Source of the DNA: Schizochytrium sp. TIO01
Lineage: Eukaryota > Protista > Bigyra: Labyrinthulomycetes
NCBI GenBank assembly: GCA_004764695.1
Contig: SMSO01000014.1
Span: 1,173,648 to 1,237,647, forward strand
Length of the DNA: 64,000 bases
Direction of reading: 5' to 3'
The translations under genes were made by a program, and so were the position numbers. Of the stretch, positions 56,245 through 64,000 are shown in pieces. The first letter of the stretch is position 1. Each line of letters opens with the position of its first letter. The notes beneath the pieces were generated by a model. The model was not told where the DNA came from and ran no database searches. It was given only the letters and a program-made list of their open reading frames with translations.

Positions 56245-58920
56245 ATGTATTCACAACGATCTCCAACAGCAGCAGTAAGTCATCGAGCAGGACAAACAGC
56301 ATCACATCAGAGGACCAAAGTATCTCATCATGGAACTACATCAAAGGCAAGGGTCTCAGGTGTCGGAGGGAACTGGTCAAATCCTATAGTTTCAACTGCT
56401 GGTAAGCAGCAATTATATACCAACCCTTTTGCTGGAGTTGCAACACACACGAGGAGAGTACGTGCCAGCCAAGGTGATAAAGATATTAATGCTCGAGGAG
56501 GTAACAAGCAATATTCAATGAGACCAAGTAGCGCTCACCAACTCAAACGAGGACTGGAGACTGCCGACCCTCGATTTAAATATGCGTCAGGACAATCTGG
56601 CGTTTCCGATGCAGGGAGTACCGGTAAAGCTCTTCAGCGAGGATCGCCAGGAATTCGTCCAAGCTCAGCACATGTGCATAAATCATCTCCAGCAGCAGGA
56701 CAAGCTCAAGTTAAGGGCACTACACGGATTACAAGCCCAATGAGTAATACATCTTCTTCGTCACGTGACCTGAAAAAGTTTTCCCAGGGAATTTCCCATG
56801 ATCCATTTCGTCTTGTCGACCAATACTATACCTCAAAACGAAATGAGAGCGAGGCTCAGGCTCGTAATCGCCAATTAATGCAGAAGAATGAACAACTTCG
56901 AAGAGAGCTGGAGCGTCTTCGAAAGCAACGCGAGACGCGTCCTCAGGTAGAGAACTTTGCACAAAGTACGACAAGTAATTTAGGAGCTCCAAAACAGTTC
57001 CTTGTATCATCTGATGCTGAAACACTTAAATCGGTTCAAGACACTGTTAATGCTCATTCAATGGTTGGTGTTTCGACATCACTCTCTACCACGCAGGGAT
57101 CTAAACTTGGTCTGACCAAAGATAGCAACAATATCGATAGCATTATCCCAATCCAAGGTAACCCAGCAAGTAGCATGGACTTCCAAAGTGGAGGCGACAA
57201 TAAGAGTAGCAAAAACACCCTCACAAACACCAACAATACGAGAGATCATATCAGCAACAACAATCATGCGAGCCAAACAAACTCAACAGATGGGTTAAGC
57301 TCAAGCAACATCCAGTATGCATCCCGTAGTGGCAAGTCAGCTGCTGGCTCTGGGGTTCATGCGGTTCGTGCGCAAGTTGTTCAGCAAGTAACAAACACTA
57401 ATTTTGTAGCTACTGCGACTAAAGTTCCGAGTACATCCATATCTCTGACGTCAACTCCAGAACAATCTGAAAGCAAGTTTGGCGAAAGTGATATGCGTTC
57501 CCAGGTTACGGCTGGCGAAGAAAATGAATCTATAAAAGGGAAATCAATGCCACGCGCATCAGCTCCGAATTGGAGTTCCAAGAATGTAAGGCCTCAGAGC
57601 GCTTCAGTACAGCGAGCTGCTCCAGGTATCTACGAGGCAACAACGACGACAGCTCGGCCACAATCTGCTCATTATCTTAAACGTGCTCAGGCCAGCGCAC
57701 AAACCACTCAGGCGCAGTCAAGAATCAAACCTTCTGCAAATGCTTCACCTAGATCGTCTGCAAGTCAAGAAACGAGTTCTCGACTGACGAAAGAGTCGGC
57801 AATAACTGCATCACGGAACCAAACGTCAGATGAGATGCCAGCACGTACAGAAAAGCAATCTGAGCAGATACGTGAAAGAGATCGAATTCGTGCAGTTGTA
57901 TCGAATGCAACATTTTCGAGAGGTGAGCCTACACTTTATGTGTTTGGAAAACTGCTAGGGCAAGGTAGCTTTGGTGTTGTGCGCGTAGCCCACCATAAGA
58001 TTACAGGCCATAAAGTTGGAATCAAAGTATACGAAAAGGCAAAATTCAAGGACTCAAATCAGCTGAAACGCTGTCGAGTTGAATTAAAATTATTGGAGGT
58101 GCTCAACCATCCAAATATTGTGAGACTCTACGAGGGATTCGAAACAACCAAACGAATCTATCTCGTGATGGAATCTTGTGCGGGCGGCAACTTATGTACT
58201 TATGTTAAGGGCAAGAAAAAGCTCCCTGAGAGAGAGGCAATGGGGATTGTCACGCAAGTTGCCGCTGCAGTCCAATATTTACATTCATGCAGCATTGTCC
58301 ACCGCGACATCAAGTTGGAAAATGTCTTATTCGAGGGAAAAATAGTCAAGCTTTGTGATTTAGGGTTTTCTACAAAAACTTCTTCAGAAAAGAAGCTACG
58401 TGTTTTCTGTGGTACACCATCATACATGCCTCCAGAAATCGTACGACGAAAGGAGTATATTGGATTCCCTGTTGACATTTGGTCTCTTGGAGTGTTGTTC
58501 TACGCATGTTTAGTTGGGCGTTTCCCTTTTACAGCGAAAACCTATCCAGATTTGTATAAAAAAATTGCAAAGGGTGTAATGACACCTTTACCTGACACAG
58601 TTAGCCCCTTCACAACAGAGCTGATCATGCGCATGCTAAGTGTGAACGCAGGAATGCGTCCCACAGCAAAACAGGTGCTAAAAAGCCTCTCAGCAGAGAT
58701 GAAGCCGACGGTGCAAGTCCCAAGTGTGAATGAGATGACTCATCTAATTTCGGAGAATCCCAAACAAGATATCCAACCTGCTTTGATCAAACAGCTAGTT
58801 GATTTTGGTTTTCAGCAAGAGCAGTTAGAGGAGGCGATTCTCACAAAACAGCGCAATCACCTATCTGCAACCTATTATCTTCTCGCGTCCAAGACTGCAC
58901 GCAAAAAACAGCAGAAATAG
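56245..58920 (+). CDS. Ser/Thr protein kinase, CAMKL (AMPK/MARK-related), with C-terminal UBA-like domain
   Basis: GQGSFG, VGIK, HRDIKLEN, DLG, FCGTPSYMPPE, DIWSLGV. Tail LVDFGF..NHLSATYYLL. About 560 aa of disordered N-terminus. Confidence 0.92.
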   Translation: MYSQRSPTAAVSHRAGQTASHQRTKVSHHGTTSKARVSGVGGNWSNPIVSTAGKQQLYTNPFAGVATHTRRVRASQGDKDINARGGNKQYSMRPSSAHQLKRGLETADPRFKYASGQSGVSDAGSTGKALQRGSPGIRPSSAHVHKSSPAAGQAQVKGTTRITSPMSNTSSSSRDLKKFSQGISHDPFRLVDQYYTSKRNESEAQARNRQLMQKNEQLRRELERLRKQRETRPQVENFAQSTTSNLGAPKQFLVSSDAETLKSVQDTVNAHSMVGVSTSLSTTQGSKLGLTKDSNNIDSIIPIQGNPASSMDFQSGGDNKSSKNTLTNTNNTRDHISNNNHASQTNSTDGLSSSNIQYASRSGKSAAGSGVHAVRAQVVQQVTNTNFVATATKVPSTSISLTSTPEQSESKFGESDMRSQVTAGEENESIKGKSMPRASAPNWSSKNVRPQSASVQRAAPGIYEATTTTARPQSAHYLKRAQASAQTTQAQSRIKPSANASPRSSASQETSSRLTKESAITASRNQTSDEMPARTEKQSEQIRERDRIRAVVSNATFSRGEPTLYVFGKLLGQGSFGVVRVAHHKITGHKVGIKVYEKAKFKDSNQLKRCRVELKLLEVLNHPNIVRLYEGFETTKRIYLVMESCAGGNLCTYVKGKKKLPEREAMGIVTQVAAAVQYLHSCSIVHRDIKLENVLFEGKIVKLCDLGFSTKTSSEKKLRVFCGTPSYMPPEIVRRKEYIGFPVDIWSLGVLFYACLVGRFPFTAKTYPDLYKKIAKGVMTPLPDTVSPFTTELIMRMLSVNAGMRPTAKQVLKSLSAEMKPTVQVPSVNEMTHLISENPKQDIQPALIKQLVDFGFQQEQLEEAILTKQRNHLSATYYLLASKTARKKQQK

Positions 58921-59253
58921 TCCTAACCTGATCATAAGTTTAATTTCCATTTTGGGGGTCATAAGATTTAATTTTACTTACTGTTGTTTTCTTTGGTTCA
59001 TCATTTGACGCAATGCCCAGTACCTAAAGAGGTGTATTTTCAAACTAAGAAGATACTCCCTAAGGGTGGTTCGAAGTGTGCACAGCAAAAAGTTACTGAA
59101 CCATACTGTTGAGATTGGCTTTTGTTCACATCAATGTCGTATTGCCCCTTCCTAAATTCATAAGAATAGTTTCCAATTAAAAGTTGTCAGCAACATTAGA
59201 AGGTTATGCTGTTTTTTATAATTTTATATGTATATCTTTTGAATTGTGTCAAG

Positions 59254-59703
59254 TCAATGCTCATCTTGGAAAACAGATTTCTCTCCAATACGTCGGAGAT
59301 CATAGTGCAAAGCAGTGATTCCGAAAGTGATTTGACGTTGTGCATTTCTTGCAGTGCGCTCTTCAGACTTTCGTTTCTCTTCCTCGATTGCATCAGTGTC
59401 CTTTTTGCTCGGAGCAATACCTGGATGCCCCCCTGCGGCATTTCGAGAAGCGCTTGTAGCAGTTCGTTTCTCGACATACGATAATTTTGTTCGCGAGCCA
59501 AAGTCTAGGTTGTGCGTGGAGATAGCATCGAATTTCGCATTTGTTTTTATAGGCGAGCGGCATTCACCAAAGCGTTGTGGTGTGTATACGCTTTGACGAT
59601 CAAAGTTTCTTAGACCATCGCGAATCAGAACACCGATTTGTGGCTTTGACGCTTGCACGCGTGCAGGTGCCTGAAAAGATTCTCCTGCTGTAGTGGAATA
59701 CAT
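59254..59703 (-). CDS. Hypothetical protein (149 aa)
   Basis: ATG-initiated ORF with coding-like composition. A GTAAGT at 59878 (minus strand) suggests an upstream, possibly untranslated, exon. Confidence 0.6.
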   Translation of the reverse strand: MYSTTAGESFQAPARVQASKPQIGVLIRDGLRNFDRQSVYTPQRFGECRSPIKTNAKFDAISTHNLDFGSRTKLSYVEKRTATSASRNAAGGHPGIAPSKKDTDAIEEEKRKSEERTARNAQRQITFGITALHYDLRRIGEKSVFQDEH

Positions 59704-60371
59704 TGGCCTGTGCTTAGCTGCTTCAAGTCGCAGCTGGTGCTATTGATGCGCCGTTGAAGTGCGCAGCACGTGTCAAGCTCTGTGCAGAAACCTTTATGTA
59801 CAGGAATGACTCTAGCTATAGCAAATGTGTAAGGGAGAAAGTTGAATACCACAGGCCAAGTAGCTAGTAAATACTTACTTGCTGTATTTTGAGAGGTAAG
59901 TCCGCGGGTGTGACTTATTCTCTCCTCTGGCTTCTCCCAAAAGTAGATTTCCTTAAAGCTGAAAACTCCAGTGTGTACTTGGGTTCTTCCGCGCTAGCAA
60001 GCTAAAAAGTGCATTTCGTTGTACTCATCTATTCCGCCTTCACTTCATAATTAATTTCCACTTTCACGCTGATCGGCTTGAGGAAACATTCATTCCGTCT
60101 ATTTGATGATATTTCCATCACTATATTGATTTGCACGAAAAACAGATTCTAGGCAACGGATACTTAGTCCTGAAATTTGGGACAGTATCCCTGCTTGTTG
60201 CTGGAGCATGATAGACTAGTATAAAAGTAGTAGATATACTACGCTTACCTACATGATTTGGGCTTCTCTCTTTCTCTCATATTAGCAGGCAAAGATAGGT
60301 TGAGATAGATTGCGCCTAGGCAAAGCAAAAATCGGATTGATTTCTATTGACCTAACTAAGCGTGCTTGGCG

Positions 60372-62805
60372 ATGTCAGGCACTGCCTCAGTGCTGTCTTC
60401 TCTTGCTGAGGGCCAAGATGTACCTTTGCAGCAGCCACCAGACTTGAGTACTGCAGAGGTTGATCTTCATCAGGTCCTTGAAGTAGCTCGGGAAGGGCTC
60501 TTCGCCGTCGTAGACGCTTGCCCGGTAAGTAATGTTTAGAATCCTCTCAGTGTGGGTTGGGGATGGCATACTCCTCGCACACTCTCGTTCGATTCACTCA
60601 AATTGTAATTTGATTGCATATTTCGAATATTGGAATCTGAGCACTTGGATCTTTACATACGAATGTGAAGGCGACCTGCTTTGGCGATGGAAAATCTTGA
60701 ATCTGACAATCTATCCTGGTGATATTTTGCCGGCTGGTATGCTTGCAACCTATGGCAACATTTTATCTTTTTGATTTTAATTTCTAAATGCGCAGGGGGA
60801 TAAATGTCTCGTTTTTGACCCAAGTGTCGCTGGACCATTAAAGCTAGTGCTAGTAGAAGGCGCATACAAACTTCGTGAGCATGGCGTCGTCAATGTTGAG
60901 GAGCTCAACTGGACGGATCTCGAAGTTTCCTGTGATACAGTGATCTATATTGTACGTCCCGAAGCCAAAATGGCACAACAAATTGCTTCACAAGTTGCTC
61001 AGAGTGGACATCGTTATAAATTCCAGGTTCACTTTGTTCCAAAACGTTCATTTCTTTGCGACCAGATCCTTAGGGACCGTGGTGTTTTTGATCAGCTTAA
61101 AAACAACATGTATGAATACCCCCTCGGCTTCATTCCATATGATACCGATGTGCTTTCTCTTGGCCTAGAGACCTCTTTTGCGCAAGTAAATTTACAGAAA
61201 GATGACTCGTCACTCATGTATGCTGCTCGCGCACTCCTGCAGCTTCAAGACACCCTGGGTCCAGTCCGCAATATACAGGTAAAAGGGGACCAAAGCAAGA
61301 AGGTACTTGACATGATCTTGCGGATGCGTCTTGAAGCCGAGGAAGAGCTTGCAACACAAACATTAGATCGTGAGATGGGGCGTTACTCTGCTGAGAGTGA
61401 TGACGATGAAGATGATCTTCATAGTGAAGATTTCATGTCACGAGATGTTAATGGCTCGAAGCAGCTCGATATGGATAGCCTTTTTGCAGAAATTGATCGA
61501 CTAGGTCCGAACTCGGATCCGCAAGAGCTAGAAGCTGTCTTAAAGAGTGATATCAATTTTGGTACCCGTAAAGCAGCTGCTGCTCAGGGCAGTGGTGCAT
61601 TGGGTCAAATTGATTCTCTTTTGCTTATTGACCGAAATCTTGATCTCGTGACGCCAATGTGTACAGCGCTGACCTACGAATCAATCATTGATAACCTCAT
61701 GGGTATTCGTAATGGCCATGTTATGTTGGATGCAGAGCTTATCGAGCCTTCCACTGCAGCAGCTACCGCAGCTACTGGTCCTTCAGGTAAAGCAGGTTCG
61801 AGAGGCGCAGTGAGACGCCCACCCAAGCTTTCGATGTCACTTAACTCTGCTGATCAGATTTACAAAGATACTCGTGACATGAATATCGATGTTGTGCTGG
61901 GGTTCTTAAATAAGAAAGCTCGGGAAATTAAAGACCACTGGCAGGACGCAAAGGCCGGTAAAGTTGAGGAACTACATAACTATGTGCACACAAGCTTACA
62001 TAACCATGTGCAGGAGAGCCAGCTTTTGCCTCGCCACATCAATATTGTTAATCGCATTCGAGACACTGTATACGACCTTCCCTTTCGTAAAATGTGGATG
62101 GCTGAGCGCGAAATGCTCGAAGGAGGAAATCAAACAAAGTACATTGAAGAATGCATCGCTCGGCAAGAGCCATGGACAAAGGTTCTGCGTCTTGCTTGTT
62201 TGCAATCTCTAGTTTTGAATGGTTTCTCACAAAGTGCATTAGATAACTTGCGACGGAGCATTGTGCAAACCTATGGATTCGAGCTCTTATTTACGTTGGA
62301 GAATCTTGAAAAGCTTGGTATGCTAAAGAAGCGAGGGGCCATGAGTGCTTGGCCTTCGCTTGTCTCAACATTCCGTCTCATTCCTTCTGGCGTTAATGTC
62401 GGAGAACCGGATGATGTGGCGTATGTTACCTCTGGCTATGCTCCTCTGAGTGTTCGCCTTGTAGAGCTTGCGATCCACCCCGGATGGGAGAAGTCGAAGG
62501 ATATAATGAAGCGCTTGCCTGGCCGTACAATTTATAAAGTTAAACAACCTGGTGTGCGCTTTCCGCCTGATGGTCAAGCAGGGTCGTCCGGCACAGAAGG
62601 AATTCGGTCTACTTTTAAGAAGAAGAAAGTTATGCTGGTTTTCTTCACAGGTGGTGTTACATTTGCGGAGATTTCTGCACTCCGTTTTGTATCTCGCCAA
62701 GATGATTGCCCATACCATTTAATTATTGCTTCAACAGCATTCATTAATGACAAGTCGTTCTTGCAGTCCCTCGTCCATGACATTGATAACACCATGCAGC
62801 GCTAA
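60372..62805 (+). CDS. VPS33: VPS33 (Sec1/Munc18 family; HOPS/CORVET); exons 60372-60524 and 60796-62805 (720 aa)
   Basis: Spliced junction reads VVDACP|GDKCLVFDPSVAGPLKLV. Motifs IDRNLDLVTPMCTALTYE, QTYGF, SGYAPLSVRL, FFTGGVTFAEISALRF. Confidence 0.95.
60525..60795 (+). other. Spliceosomal intron (271 nt, phase 0) in VPS33
   Basis: GTAAGT donor at 60525; T-rich tract and CTAAATGCGCAG acceptor ending 60795. The join is in frame. Confidence 0.92.
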
Positions 62806-63186
62806 AAATCTTAAGTTAGATTTCTATTTCTTTAGGTTATTCCCCTTGTCAAACTATTGATGTATCTAAAATTGAGAAAATATATCCACAGCAATGCAGA
62901 TATACGCATGAAAGCTAACAGCAAATTATTTAGGAAGATGGAGTAGTTGAGCCGAGTAAAATCCTTGAAAGCCATCGAGTTTCTCTATTCTGTTGACTAC
63001 AATACGTAGGAACATAAAAGTTCGTTCTGATTTAAATACTGTGCCGAGAGTATTATATTATTGTCAGAGTAGCAGAGGCGGTGCGAAGCAAATACGAACT
63101 AAACGAGGCTAAAAACGTACACAATTCCTTTGAAAAGTAAGTTTACTTAAATGGGCTATTTCGTAGTTATAATGTTACTCATCTTT

Positions 63187-64000
63187 TTAAATGGCAGGAT
63201 TTCTATGCATATACGGGAGGTTATACGTTGCATCCTTCTTGGTCAATCGAGTGCCCCCGTCCTCCTGAATAGCCACGATACGAGGTGGGGGTACAGCTGC
63301 GATTTCAGCATCTTCTTCAACTGTAACCTCTTCAATCCTTCGGAGTGTGGATTGGCTTGCATCTCCGCCAAGCCGTTCAGCAATCTTTGCAATTGATCGT
63401 GCAGAGTGAATCTGCTTAAGACTTTTCACAGAAGAAGCTGAAAGAATGGATCGTGCCGAAGCAACGCTAACGACCTCATCAACATCAACCCCATTGAGAT
63501 CTGCACGCGTACTTGAGTTCCATTCCGCAACCTTTTCTTCCGCTGCCTGTCGTCGTGCGCGCCATTCCTCACGTATATCAGCGGCGTTTTTGCGAATAAT
63601 ACCAGAACCTCCTGCTGTGAGAAAATCTCGCAATTCTGTTGTAGTTACACTTGCGAGATCGTCCCTATCATACACGTAAGCATGATTTTCACCTTCGCTA
63701 AGTAGATCAGAGCTCTCAGAAAGTTTAGTTTCATCATTGCGTTTCACACGGTCGACTCGAGATTTTGCCGCTTTGAGTGCTGCTCGAACTTCAAGATCAT
63801 TAATGAAGGTGTCAAAATCAAGCTCCATCGCAAAATTCAAAAGGTCTTCAGCTTCGTAATCCTCAAGCTCCTCGACGGCATCCTTAGTCAGAGCCCATTT
63901 GGGTCTGCTCTTTAAGGTTGTTTTCGATCTGCGAGCAGGAATCTCCGCAGACTTCGACTCATGCTGGCTTTTTTCCTCTTCCACTTCTTGCATTTCAGTC
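63187..64000 (-). CDS. Conserved-looking hypothetical protein, probably 5'-truncated by the window edge
   Basis: At least 268 aa, open to the window end. Blocks RPKWALT, LLNFAMELDFDTFINDLEVRAAL and C-terminal NLPYMHRNPAI. Confidence 0.8.
   Translation of the reverse strand, partial: TEMQEVEEEKSQHESKSAEIPARRSKTTLKSRPKWALTKDAVEELEDYEAEDLLNFAMELDFDTFINDLEVRAALKAAKSRVDRVKRNDETKLSESSDLLSEGENHAYVYDRDDLASVTTTELRDFLTAGGSGIIRKNAADIREEWRARRQAAEEKVAEWNSSTRADLNGVDVDEVVSVASARSILSASSVKSLKQIHSARSIAKIAERLGGDASQSTLRRIEEVTVEEDAEIAAVPPPRIVAIQEDGGTRLTKKDATYNLPYMHRNPAI

Noticed and set aside
1-64000. tRNA, rRNA, snRNA (including U7 near LSm10) or an endogenous viral segment
   Set aside because: None recognisable by eye. 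Small RNAs cannot be excluded without tRNAscan-SE or Infernal.

Overview
A gene-dense, intron-poor eukaryotic window with about 23 protein-coding genes, nearly all single-exon, separated by AT-rich spacers. Two short GT-AG introns can be reconstructed exactly. The gene content (Nup107, SNAREs, VPS33, EHD, TAM41, axonemal dynein assembly factor DNAAF1) and organisation indicate a flagellated protist, most consistent with a stramenopile such as a thraustochytrid (inference). I found no rRNA, tRNA, CRISPR array or recognisable transposon. Highlights: (1) a 2,059-aa Roco protein (LRR-Roc-COR) whose C-terminal effector is an intact trypsin/HtrA-like serine protease rather than a kinase, transcribed divergently from a compact DDX60-like RNA helicase; (2) an apparent 'hypothetical' that aligns by eye with TASH3/TSAUCER, a large subunit of the TSET coat complex; (3) an LSm10-like U7 snRNP protein; (4) a coding-like frame broken only by TGA codons in the long spacer; (5) a TAGGTAG motif recurring upstream of many genes. 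All family calls come from motif recognition by eye, not from database searches.
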